The translations under genes and the position numbers were made by a program. Below are positions 1 through 12,200 of a stretch of DNA of 64,000 bases, in pieces (the stretch's first letter is position 1; each line of letters starts with the position of its first letter). The notes below the pieces were generated by a model. That model was given only the letters and a program-made list of their open reading frames with translations. It was not told the DNA's origin and searched no databases. The stretch spans positions 1,674,001 through 1,738,000 of the forward strand of contig NC_081333.1 in NCBI RefSeq assembly GCF_022539665.2, in the 5' to 3' direction. The stretch comes from Daphnia carinata. Taxonomy: Eukaryota.

Positions 1-379
1 AGAAGTTTCTCACACCGTGGCTGATTCCAGCCTGAATTAGCTTTTGCTTCCAAATTTCAACTTCTTTTTTCAAGTTTTCATTTTCTTGTTTTAATGTTGA
101 CAATAAAGTGGGAGCTGCACTATTTTGAGTTCTCTCCAGCTGCAGCAACTAGAGGCCGACCCAATAACAAAAAAAAAGAAAACAAGAAAATGGGAAAGTT
201 TTCACACAGCAATGTAGTTTTTAAAGCACGTTAAATACTTATCTTCCGTTTTCCAGAAAGCGACAGGGAAAATTGTGTATTTTCACTTGACATACCTCGT
301 TTTTTAATGTAAATATCAAACTCTCAGCAGCTATGGCTTTCTGTTCCAGTTGCAGCAATATTCTCGTGGCCGAAGACAT
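1..379 (-). CDS. AIMP1: AIMP1/p43 (tRNA synthetase complex scaffold), 5' part; exon 1 379-296, exon 2 148-<1
   Basis: Manual translation MSSATRILLQLEQKAIAAESLIFTLKNE|LLQLERTQN...LKQENENLKKEVEIWKQKLIQAGISHGV resembles the AIMP1 N-terminal coiled coil (LKRLEQKGAEADQIIEYLKQQ...ENAKLKKEIEELKQELIQAEIQNGV); GT-AG intron 295-149 keeps frame. Not in ORF track. Confidence 0.8.
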
Positions 380-709
380 GATTTTATGCAATTACAAAAT
401 TGATGTAATTCACGATTTGTTTCGAATGTTGCTCGAGGATTAGGGCCTACGACAAGACGAAATGATCAACAAGCATGGTACTGATACTGCACTGTACTGT
501 ACAACAAGCGAAACTGCTTTTTCTATCGATTAATAGTTTATCAATTATCATACGATACCTTATTTCCTGCCGGAGTGAGCAGACGTCCTTTGACGTTTGA
601 AAACAAGTGTTGGTTGAATGTTGTTCGATTAGTTGTTTGTAGATGTGGTACGATTTGCCAATATTTCTATTTGCCAGCAAAAGCTGATATTCTTTGCAAG
701 AAAATAGTA

Positions 710-1744
710 ATGGCCCAACACTCCATTGATTCATTTTCCATTTTGGATAGGAAAGCTGATACCAGTGATGGCAAATTTGAAGTTCCATCATGTAATCCGT
801 CAACATCCTGTGAAGATGGAAGTTCGACAATGGGATCGGCAACAGAAGAAACCCTACCAAATCAAGCATCCTACGAGTTTAACACTTCAGTCATGTTACC
901 AACTTTAACAAAGTGTAGCAGGATTAATACCTTATCTGAAGAATCAAAAGTGGCACAAGAAGAAATTATATCTCATGTGGCAAATTGTTCTGAAGAAGTT
1001 TTTCAGAGAATACAGCATCGAGATGAGCCAACACTTTCAATTCAGCAGAAAAAAGAGATTGTAACATCATTGCTAAACTCCAGTCCTTCAAATTTTCTTG
1101 TTAGATTTGGAAAATTCTTGGAGACAAGCCATTTGAATTACTTTCATCAGTATCATGATAGCTATGAAGTTTCTTATTATCTCCAACAGTTGAACAAAGA
1201 ATCTAAGGCACAGGAAATGAGCGTCAAAAATCGTCGTTTCCATGCAATGAATGAATTGATAAAAGAAGGAAAATACTTCAGTATGAATGAAATGAGGAAA
1301 AGAAATCCAATCCTCTTTCATGAACTTATTGAGAAGTACATGACATCTGAAGAAAAGAGGTCTCTGGAACAAGACCAGCCAAAACTATGTAATCTATCCA
1401 CCATGTTCATGGCCCACATAGATGGAGATCAAACATGTTCCAAAAGAAGGAATGAACAACTAGCCAATCAGTCAGCATGGGATGAAGCTTTAGCTCATGA
1501 TGAAGAAGAAGAGGATGAAGATATAGATCAAAATGAAAAGGAGTTCTTTCGAGATGAATTTATATCAGGTATAACTTAATAGTTCTTACTGGCGGCAAAA
1601 ATTATAACTTTTTTCATAGGTATGTACAGCAGCTTTCTTCAAGGGCATGACGAGGAATTCGACTACAGCAAAATCGATGCTTCGAATCATAACGACATAA
1701 TTTCTGAAAGAGACGCAGAAGAAAGATATTTTGACAGTGACTAA
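710..1744 (+). CDS. CCDC97: Coiled-coil domain-containing protein 97; exons 710-1568, 1620-1744
   Basis: Motifs FLVRFGKFL, VKNRRFHAM..L...GKYFSMNEMRKRNPILF; spliced C-terminus MYSSFLQGHDEEFDYSKID...ERDAEERYFD matches the CCDC97 acidic tail. Confidence 0.85.
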
Positions 1745-2313
1745 CATATAACAATTTGGAATTTAATATCTTGTATAAAATGATCTTTAAGTATCTCACG
1801 TATTCTGCTCCAACATTGCCCGTTTGAAAAAGTATTGGTGTTGTATAGCTTGTCTCTCTTACCTGTGAGGGCTCATTAAGCAATTAATTTTGAACCAGAA
1901 CTTTTTTAATACCAGGAGTAAACAGATCTATGCCTGATATATCTTAAGTCGTATAGTGTAATTAATGCTTATAGACAGCCCAGCATGGGAACATGCGGCC
2001 ACACTTAGCATTTAAGGAAGAGTTCTCGTGACTCGTGTGTTAACAATTCTTCCTCGGTTGATTCAAAATTTGGGCTCGTGCTTATCGGGTAACTTGGGCA
2101 ACCCAATGGGAGTGGAGAGCGCCGGTTTCTACTCCACGCTACATCGGGTTTCCAGAGGGTACGAAAAAGCACTACACCGATGACCCCGTTGTCTTTCAAG
2201 TTTTTCGTGTTACAAATTATATTGTTTTCGTCATTTTGGGAGATAAGGGATAACAAGAATAAAGTTACAGCACTTCAATTTTCCATCCAATCATTGCATG
2301 CAATCCAAACTCT

Positions 2314-4871
2314 CTAATCGTTGTGACTGTCACTCTTTCCTTCGATAAATTCATGATCACCATCGTTCATTAGCCCTGCTCTATACCAAGAGCGTAAACA
2401 TACAAGAGCTTCAGCAGCCTCAGGATTCAGATTCATTCCTGCAAAATCGAATAAATCTTTGCCAGCGCTGAACGTTCTCTCACTAGCCGCAGTTGTAGCA
2501 GGAATAGATAGCAAGTCTTTAGCCATTGCGCAGAGCCTTGGCCATCGACTTGATCTGTTGGACCAATACTCAAAAACAGCCATGGGATCACAATCGGCTG
2601 GTTCTGTCTCCTCTTCCTCATACTCAGCCATTTCATCTTTTTCGAATCTATTACTTGTCTGGCTACTCGATCCGAAAACCACTTGAGCAAAATAACTGTT
2701 GTTGATTTTAGATTTGGTGCTAATGGCGCTCTTGTTTGTCTTTGTTGAGTTTTCGTTTTTGGGCGTAGAATGGTTGCTTTTCGATGGCGGACTGGGTGGT
2801 GCGTTATATTGGCCCCATACACTCTCAATGCTAAATATAAAATATTTAACATTAGTAAACATCGTACCAGCAAATAACTTGAAAACCACTTACACTGGCT
2901 TGACTCTGCTTGTGATAAGATTCTCTTCTATACCGTCAAACGCATCAACTGTCTCACCTCCGCAACTCCAACCATTATCAATGAAGTATTGCATTTTACA
3001 TCTAGGGTCCATAAAAGTAGCCGCCATAACGACGGGGGAAGCTTTATCATAGTATGTTGACAGTTTTAATAAACCGGCTGCAGCTCCCTTTACAAGTAAC
3101 GGATGGTTACTCGGTTCTTGTGAAGTTTCTTCAAGTAGATTCAAGAGTCGGTTGCACATCGGTACAACAAGAGACACCGTAGGATGTTGATTTGCCTCAA
3201 TATAGGTAGTTACAAGAGTGAACTCCTCAAGAAATGAAAACATTTGTCGGAAGCTAATCCAGTCTTCCTCGCCCAATAAGTTTTTACTGAGCTCTTGATC
3301 TTCCGCGATTTTGTCGAAGGCAGGTCTGAGTTTCAATCCACGTTTAAGGAAGAAGTATGTTGAGCTCCAACGCTTTGGGCAATCCAAAACTGGAAGTATA
3401 TCATCCGGAATTATAGCTCCTTCAAAACAAAATACTTCGTCTTCTTCATATTCTAAATTTTCCAATCCACATTCATTTACGATTGTCTTGAATTTTTGAA
3501 TGCGTTGCGGGAAGGCTCTTATTTCGACGACAAGATCGCGAAGCTGTAAAACGATAAGCATGAAAGTAAGAAATTGTTTTTAAAGTATTTCGATGATTCT
3601 ATCTCACCTTTTGAAGAAGTGCAAACATTTCTTCAACTGCACATTTTACACAGAGATTTATCACTTGTGTAAAACACCGAAACCAATAATCTTTCTTGAA
3701 AGGGCGGGAAGTATTGCTAGACAGGTAAGTAATGTGATCTGCGAACGCTTCACTCGAAGTGGCATCGTCCGTTGTGATAGACAACATCTAGCGGAGGACC
3801 GCAATTAGTATGGACATCTGAATCTTATCAGTAATATAATATCCTTACGTTGTCGTTAAGTTGATAAAACGTAACAGTGTCGTAGAAGCTCTCTGCCAAG
3901 TTAACACCGGAAAGTTCCCCCATTACATGTTTGAAACCAATGATGATGTTAATAGGTTTGATTCCTTCATTCCATATAGCAACCCCGGTAACCAAAAATG
4001 CTACATTATTGGGTGAGATCCACATATCAGTAGTTAGTGCCACACTGGTCTCAGTGAGCCTGTCAATAACTTGCTGTCTTGTTTTCATATATGTTTGCAT
4101 CATCATATCCTTCAGCGCTGTCCCACTAAGGGGTTTGTACAATGGCTGCAATGTTGAAACAAATTTTTGAAACAGGGGTTCTTCCCCGAGTGTTAAGGCA
4201 TGATTGTTGCTCACAACAAACTCGAGGAATGCTTTATGAGCAATATTAACATCACCCTAAAATTTAAACATAATATTTTTAAGAAGAAAGTTACCAAACT
4301 ATTACAAAAGAAATAGATTTTACCTTAAATGATTTAGTGATTTTTTCTTTAGTATTCTGAGTGCTTTGCTTTGACTGAGCTATCACGCTTGGGTGCTGGG
4401 GATCCAGAGCTATCATGTTTGGGTGCTTGGAAGCCAGAGCTATCATGGCTGGGTGTTTGGAATGCATGTGTTTTGCCATTGTGCCAGTGCCATTAATGAC
4501 AAATGTTGTTGGACAGTATTTACACTTGCATGTTTTTGTGTTTTCAATCTCATCAAAATGCAACCAAGTCCACGATTTCTTTTTCTTCACTCTTGATAAT
4601 GATGGATTTTCAGCCTCTCCTCTAGATTGATCCATATATGTTGATGGGCCTATTAGAAAGTTTTAGTTACGTCGTACTAAGTCATTGGGCTTAAAAATAA
4701 CTTACGCTTGGAAGGGCACGCTCCTCTTCTTAGATGGGTTTCGTCTCCTTCTTCCCCACTTGTATTCAAACTCAATAAACTTGAAAATGTCGAACTTGAT
4801 CTTTTCTGCCCGTTAGAACTTTTCGATATTATTCTCTTCGACATTTTACTTTTTTGTAGTTTAGAAAACAT
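2314..4871 (-). CDS. BED zinc finger / hAT-family transposase-like protein; exons 4871-4706, 4649-4324, 4256-3849, 3787-3608, 3543-2894, 2830-2314
   Basis: BED finger (SWTWLHF..CKCKYC..GTGTMAKHMHSKH), ALTTDMW, ITTDDA, KRWSSTY, hAT C-terminal dimerisation motif (YWS...WPRLCAMAKDLLSIPATTAASERTFS); five GT-AG introns join all pieces in frame. Start codon could be a downstream Met. Confidence 0.85.
4374..4460 (-). repeat. In-frame 30-nt tandem triplication after the BED finger
   Basis: HPAMIALASK / HPNMIALDPQ / HPSVIAQSKQ; plus-strand unit ...gagctatca.g..tgggtg recurs with 30-nt period. Confidence 0.7.
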
Positions 4872-5619
4872 TAAAATATAAATAAAACTTCAAGGTTCAA
4901 ATTTGAACTATGATAGCGCAGCTTGAAGGTGACCATTAGCGTTCAGACGAATTTTGATTTTCGGAACGGCGTCGTCCTAAGTGTGTTTCTGTATGGCGGC
5001 CACCAGAGGGCCGCAGAAAATAATGCAAATCAAGTTTCGTACGTTGGCTATGTCTCTTTCATTTCTGGTAGCAGTTGATTGAATGGTAGTAATGTTCTCC
5101 AAGAAATTGGGTATTCGGACCTCCAGTCCGGATTTCCCCAAAACCAAAACCAAGGTTCGAAAAACATGTTTCACCGATAGCCCAAATCAAGCGTGTTAAA
5201 AACTGGCGGCCCGCATGGCCAAACCCTTCCTGCTGTAAAGGTGTTTTCCGCATACCTCGTTTTCAATTCAATCTCTTCGAGAAATGCTTACAAAGCTTAT
5301 CTCGTTGTAACTTTGCACAGTACAATATATTTCCTCATATATGACGTAGAAAAAATGTTTGTGCAAATATTCCTTGTCTGGTAGCTTTCTGTTGAAAATT
5401 AAATCGATAGGAAGTCTCAAGTTTTGTATCGTGCAAAGTACTTTCGCTCAAAAATTGGGCGGGAAGGCTTATCAGCTACCAGACGAAAAGTACAGCTAGT
5501 GCCAGTTTACTCATTGTTCATTGTTGTTGCTGAAGTACTTTTTGATAACGAAAAACCGTAACTCAGATTCGTATGTCAATTACGTAACACTACTGAGTTA
5601 AATTAGACAACAGAAGTCG

Positions 5620-6006
5620 ATGTCGAAAAATTCTGGGAAAACTTGGTCCCAAGGGTACCACATTGTTCCCAGTACTTCAAAATACTTGGCAGGTGATCCT
5701 GATTTGAAGCTTGTTGTTTTTGATACATCACCCGACAGCAGCAGTGAAGAAGAAGAAACGGGTCCCGATTTGGAGGAAAAAACAAGAAATCTTTCACGAG
5801 AAGTGAAATCTCAGAACCAACAACCTATTGCCACCGAAGAAACCATACATTTAATTCCTCAATTCAGCACAGCAGCTAGTGACTCTGTTGATTGTAGCTC
5901 CAGTACGCACAATGACATTCCATTGAGTCCATGTACAAGAAAGGATATGATAGAATTCTTAAATTGTTGTATAGAAGAACAAGTTAATAAAGAAGATGAA
6001 TGCTGA
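5620..6006 (+). CDS. 128-aa acidic/Ser-rich ORF of unknown function overlapping the POLH start by 11 nt
   Basis: ATG-initiated, stop-free for 387 nt in AT-rich DNA, exon-like composition; no recognisable domain. Confidence 0.35.
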   Translation: MSKNSGKTWSQGYHIVPSTSKYLAGDPDLKLVVFDTSPDSSSEEEETGPDLEEKTRNLSREVKSQNQQPIATEETIHLIPQFSTAASDSVDCSSSTHNDIPLSPCTRKDMIEFLNCCIEEQVNKEDEC

Positions 6007-8486
6007 AGACAATAGAGTTATTGCCTTAATTGACATGGACTGCTTTTATGTTCAAGTTGAGGAGAGAGAAAATCCAGAGAACAGAGGGAAACCTGGCTGT
6101 GTTGTACAATATAAAAAGTGGAAAGGTGGGGGTATTATTTCTGTAAACTATGAAGCAAGAGCTCAAGGAGTAACCAGGCAGATGCGAGGAGATGAAGCAC
6201 GAGAAAAGTGTCCAGATTGCATTCTTTACAGAGTTCCAGAACGGAGAGGGAAAGCTGATCTCACTAAGTAAAGTCCTTTTTGGATATTTCAAAGGATATT
6301 AACAAGTTTGGAATTCTAGGTACAGGGATGGAGGCAAAGAAGTCATTGATGTTATGTGCAGCTTTGGTGTTTGTGTTGAACGAGCTAGCATTGATGAAGC
6401 ATATATAGACATGACTATGGTGATAGACCAAACTCTTCCAGGTTGCACAGGTTTACTTTCTTTTTAAATTTCTGTTTACGTTATTTTTCTTTTCTTAACA
6501 TACGTTTCCTTTTGCCGATGTATTCAGCCACCGCCATTAATGTTGAAGAGCTTCCAAATACGCATTTCGTCGGCTGGGAAAACGATACGGATGACGTGAA
6601 AGGTCGTTCGAAGATTGTTGAAATATAAACCAATCACTGATGGCACAATTAATTAAATCAGGTGTTCATGGCTGGTTAAAGGCATTATCAAAGGAAGACT
6701 CTAAGGACAATGATTGGAAACTAACGCTCGGTGCAGTACTGGTTGAAAAAATGCGTGCCGCTATTTACGAAAAAACTGGTTTTCGGTGCTCTGCAGGAAT
6801 CGCAAACAATAAGATGTTGGCCAAATTAGCTTGTGGTATTCATCTGTTATCGTCTATTCATCCGTTGTAATTGATAAACATTGATGCTTTCAATTCCAAG
6901 GCATCAACAAACCAAATAAGCAAACGGTCTTGCCATTCACCTCCGTTCAAGATTTTTTTACAACTTTCCCACTAAAAAAGGTCAGAAATCTAGGTGGCAA
7001 ATTAGGTCTTACACTAAGGGAAGAGCTTCAATGCACAACTATGGCAGATATCACTCGAATTCCTGAGAAGATATTGCAAGAACGTTTTGATACCAAGACG
7101 GGGTAAATTGGTAACTGAAATTTAATATCAAGCCGTATGAAATTGTTATGCTTTACTTCTTAGGACATGGCTGTATTGGTATGCCCGAGGAGTCGATAAT
7201 GATCCTGTTAGCTCTCGCAGACTACCTAAATCCATTGGCTGTAATAAAAATTTTACGGGCTTAGCTGCGTTAGATTCCGAAGAGAAAATTAATCACTGGC
7301 TAGAAGAGCTCTGTGCTGAAGTGTCCGAGCGTCTCGAGAAAGACAGGGAAACTGTATGTATGCTTATTACTTTTTATGTTTGATTTTGTGATACAATTGC
7401 ACATATTTCAATATAGTTTTCGTTTTCTTGAAGAATTGCAGGCTGGCAAAATTGTTAACCTTGACGGTCCGCTTAGAAGGTGACATCCGACCATACTCTT
7501 ATACCCGGTCCATACCATTACACTCTTCATACGACAAAATTCGTATGGCTAAATCGTGTCTCGCAGTTGTGATGAAAGAAAACCCTTGCAAACAAGGCAA
7601 TTCTAAGACTCCGTGGGTTGTTACTTGTCTCGGAGTATCGGCCAGCAAATTTGTTGATCAGCTGGAAAGCAGCTCCAGGATTGATCACTTTTTTACTGCA
7701 AAGCAATGTACCATAATGAGCATAGAGAAAGAGAAACTCGTCAATGAGGAACCTTTACACCGAAAGGATGGACTGTACGATCTCCATGCTGATCAGGAAG
7801 ACGAAGAATTTGAGATGGCAGAAATTGACAACACACCGACTGAAACAAATCCATTAAATATTATTGCACCGGAATATAATATGGGACAAACCAGCGCCGT
7901 GGACAAAGAAATTTTTCGAGAAAATAAAGAAAAAACCGGCGGTTCAAGTTCAGCTTGTCTCAATGGGGAAAACAATGAAAATGTAAAAAAAACAGGATTT
8001 TTTGCTTCCCGTAATTTTAAGAAATGTGCACCAATACAACATTCATTTGGAGAGCCCATCGCACACTCAAGCCAAGTAAATCCGGCTACCCATACAACTT
8101 TTTCGATTGAAGAAATTTTTCCAGATTTAAATGAAGTTGACGTGGAAACTCTAGCTCTGCTTCCGCCTCATCTGCGACGTGAAGTATTAAAAGCCATCCA
8201 ATCCAAACAGGGTAAAGAAGGAACTGATAAATTTGTTGTGTGTGATAAATGTAAGGAACAGTTCCTCAAAGAAGAAATTGAAGAACATAACGACTTCCAT
8301 GTGGCTTCAGAGTTGCAGAAAGAATTGTCCCTGCAGCCTCCCACGTCTAGTTCCTCTGTCAGCAATTTGGCAGGCGCAAAAGTAGTTAAAAAATCATCCA
8401 AGAGGCCATTGAAGAACCAGAAAAATGCTACGGCGGATACAAAACGTTCACGAACCATTGAATCCTTTTTCGGAAATCCCTTATGA
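5996..8486 (+). CDS. POLH: DNA polymerase eta (Y-family), multi-exon
   Basis: IALIDMDCFYVQVE, ISVNYEARAQGVTRQM, GKADLTKYR, ERASIDEAYID, CSAGIANNKMLAKLACG.NKPNKQT, LPKSIGCNKNF, C-terminal UBZ (CDKC...EHNDFHVASELQ) and PIP-like TIESFF. Confidence 0.93.
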
Positions 8487-9200
8487 TCAAGGTTTTCTTT
8501 TACGACTGATGAAGCCGTTTTGACTTCGGATGTCTTTCAAAATAATGAACTAACCCCCTGGCGATCAAAAAAACAATAAAATTGATTTTAGTATGTTATG
8601 TGAAGTGATTACTGGTGGGGTAGTGAGATGGATGTGCCCGTTTTTTTCCAGATATGAACCCCCATATATCAGCAATCAGCCAAATCCAGCTGACTTGTAG
8701 AAATTGGCTATCAGAAGAGATGATCAAACCAAAAATTCTGCATTTCGATACGGTTCGCGGTTTATTTTTACCGCTAGTTGTGCTACAATCAAAATTCACT
8801 TTCGTCTGCTAGCAGGCGAAGTACTATAAAAAAAATTTATGTGGTATTTTTAAACTTAAAATGTATTAATGACTAAATGATAGTAATTTTCTGGAATCAG
8901 TTTGTTCATATGTAGTTTACAATAGTTTATGAAATTTAACGAGCTAACATAATAAATATAAGGCGCGCTTAAACTAGCGCCTCTAGCGACGTACGACTCT
9001 ATCGTTTGACATTTTTAGGTGATAGGGTTCATAATACCATTGTACCTCTTATATTTGTACCGTGATACGACTGATGGCTTACAAGACTCTTTATTTTTTT
9101 TGCAATTGACATCACCGTTTTGTCACACGTATCGTCCATGATTATTATCGGGCTCAATTGATTTGTTTGTGTTTTTCTAATCGGTTAATTTATTGTGAAT

Positions 9201-12200
9201 ATGGAAGTGGAAAGTTTGGCTCGCTGGTCGGAAACCAACGCCACAAATTCATCTTTTCTCAGAGTTCTAGGACTGGAAAGTTATCATGAATCAGCTCCTT
9301 TCAAGTATCGGCCGGATCTCAATAAAAAAATTATTTTGTGGTAATCTCGTCTAATTCATGTTTGTTTTTTTTCAAAACTCATATAGTTCTTTTTTTGGAT
9401 ATAGGGAAGGAGATATTACTGCGCTCTGTGTAAATGCTGTTGTACATCCAACTAACGAATCATTTACTGAAAGTTCACAGTTAAGTCAGAAAGTGATGGA
9501 TTGTGCTGGCAGCAAACTTAAAGAGGAACTAGTCACAAAAATTAAATGTAAGTTCAATACATTTTGTTGTAGTACCAGACCTCATGTTATTCCAAGTCAT
9601 AAATAGAAAATTACAAATTAAATAACCATTCCTACTCTGGATAATCACAGTCTCATTTTTATAGATTGTAGGACAGGTGAGGCAAAAATTACTCAGGGAT
9701 TTAATTTACCTGCCCGTCACATAATTCACACAGTTGGTCCGAAGTACAATGCACGCTACAAAACAGCTGCAGAAACTGCCCTTTATTTTTGTTATAGGTA
9801 AATATAGCTGGCTTAAAAATAGCTCTCATTATAATGTTTTTTTGTGATTTAAATAGGAATGTATTGGAACTTGTTCATGAATATCATCTATCAAGCGTGG
9901 CCATTCCCATCATCTACACTGTGAAAAGAGGATATCCCCCAGATGAAGGAGCTCATCTGGCACTCAGTAATCATCTGATTCCCTCTACCTTGACTGCTAA
10001 TCTCAATTTATTACATTATAAATGGTATATAGTTGTTTTTAAGTATAATTAATGCAGTGTTTCGAAAAATTGCTCTTAAGTTATGACTGAGCTCTGTCAC
10101 AAACGCTGACAGTCGGAGAAAATCAATTGAGTGTCTTGGGAGAGACGATGCTGAGGGGGAAACTTGGCAACATTCCATGAAGTCCCCAGTTTGGCTTAGA
10201 GCCAAAAAGCCTTGAGTAGTAGCATAATCGTCTAGACCATTGATTATTAGCGTGTTGTAGAAGTATTGCGATACTCAATAGTTAAATGTTCTTTTACGTA
10301 AACGAAGATATTTACCTATTATTCGCAATCATAGTTTTAGTTGCAAATGGGTAGTTCCAACTTCTAATTGTAAATGTGAAATAACGCTAATGAACTTGTT
10401 TGTCATTCAAGGGACGATCCGGAGATTTTTGGAGCAATACGGTGACAACATCGAGAGCGTCATTCTCGTTTTGGACGCCAATAATTATGGCATTTATCAA
10501 GTCCTGTCACCGCTGTATTTTCCGCGCAGTGTCCAGGAAGCCGAATTTTCTCGTTACCAGTTGCCATTCGAAATTGGGGATCCGGTAAATGGTGAACCCA
10601 TTATCAGTGACCGACGTATCCGCATCATTGATAATCCGCAGCATGCGTTCCAAGGTAAATACGTTTCTGCTTTACTTAACGTCGCATTGCATGAAAAAGC
10701 GGTGAACCTCATTCTCGTTACGTCTAGAAAAAAAAGGTCATAGTATAAAGGAAAACCTTCCGTCCCAATTCCTTTTAGCCCAAATCCCCTAGATGTTATT
10801 GCCCAATATTACATGAAGGGTCAGTCTCTTTTGTTTAGCAAGGGAAATATTACTTTTGTGATAGAAAAATGCTTTACCCCGTTCATGTTGCAAGCCCTGT
10901 TTCGAATACAGAGGCGTATTTTTACCGGGTGCACGATAAAAAGCGATATGGTACTTTACTGGTTCCTCCACGGTTGTGAAGCAGAAGACGCGCATGCGCC
11001 AAGAAGAGACTCCGGTTGTAAGAAAAAGTTAGCCTTACCCTCTCGAGACTTTTGACTGTGCGTCATGGTTTTGTTGCGCAGCATCATCTGCCCAGTCGCC
11101 AGAGCAGAAGGGAATCGACTTTGTTTCGAGTGATAACGCCAAGCTTGGTTGTTTTTTTTTTTCTTAATTGTATTGTTGATCATCAGCATTTTACTTTTCA
11201 TTACAATTTAAGTTCGTCGGTATCGATAGGACAACCGGTATGAAAGGTGTGGCAATGTAGCTTTTACTTTTCTCTTTTGGTTTTTCTTCTTTGGTGTTGT
11301 GTCGATTGGTCCCTTCTGGCCCGCAGTGTGTCAGTTGTTCATGTGACAGTCGGTTTATGCTCGAGGCTCCGTTGTCTGTATACTGTGGTCCGTCTATTCC
11401 GTGTGTGCAAAATTGCCCTAATGACGAAAGGTGAACTGTAAAAACATGTAAATTTAGGCACGATTTTAGATTTTTGGAATGCGTGTCATCGAGTAGTCTG
11501 ATGCATAGTCACGGTTCAGACTGGTGCACCTTTGTTTAGACGATAGGATAGTAATCTGAGAGCTTATCGGTTTTTGGTTACAACATTGGCGTCGTTAGTT
11601 AAAAACAATTTCGAATACGTAGGACGAAGTCATTTGGTGCCAGTGCGTTGGTGGGGCGTTACGCCGGCAGTTTCAGCCTTCGGCGAGAAAAGTGAAATTC
11701 GGCTCGAGCGAATAACGCGATTTGTTACATAGATAGCTATTAAGGCTTTCTAGACCTAATTTTGTTTTCAATTTTTCCGGGGAAAGCCACATATGCCTCC
11801 GACTTAGATCCGGCTGTATTAACTGAACCCGTGAGTTTTTTTACCGCGCCCTACTGCCGTTGACAGCTGTTTCAAAATAAAGGTGACCTCATTCTCAGGT
11901 AGTCTTGATTTCGTTCAAGTCAAGGTCAGCACTGTTTCATTTGGACCATAAAGCAATCATTCCCTGAGTTCACCGTGTGTGACACAGCCATCAACAGGGG
12001 GAACTAACGGTATCGATCCGTGCCAATGTCGTGAGGGATTGGGCCCCAAGTCTTTGCATCAAACCCCCCCGTAACTTTTTTGATGTTCGATAGTTTGATG
12101 CATCCTACTCTTTTTTTTTTTTTCGGACGGCTTCTGTCGCACATGCGGAGCTTCATCTGCGTGCTGGACTTGGCTTACGTTTTGTTGGTTTATTTTTGTT

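Noticed and set aside
2005..2256. 83-aa ORF downstream of the transposase-like gene
   Set aside because: Non-ATG start, lies after the stop, no recognisable motif or clear splice link.
4977..5390. Short minus-strand ORFs between the transposase-like gene and POLH
   Set aside because: Could not assemble a consistent spliced frame or recognise a product.
8505..8530. CTGATGA suggesting a hammerhead ribozyme or C box
   Set aside because: No correctly placed GAAA or stems and no terminal D box; lies in the POLH 3'UTR.
11495..11522. TTCAGACT resembling RNase P CR-V
   Set aside because: Pairs locally with AGTCTGA as a simple hairpin; no GGAAGGTCTGAG-type CR-I at a suitable distance.
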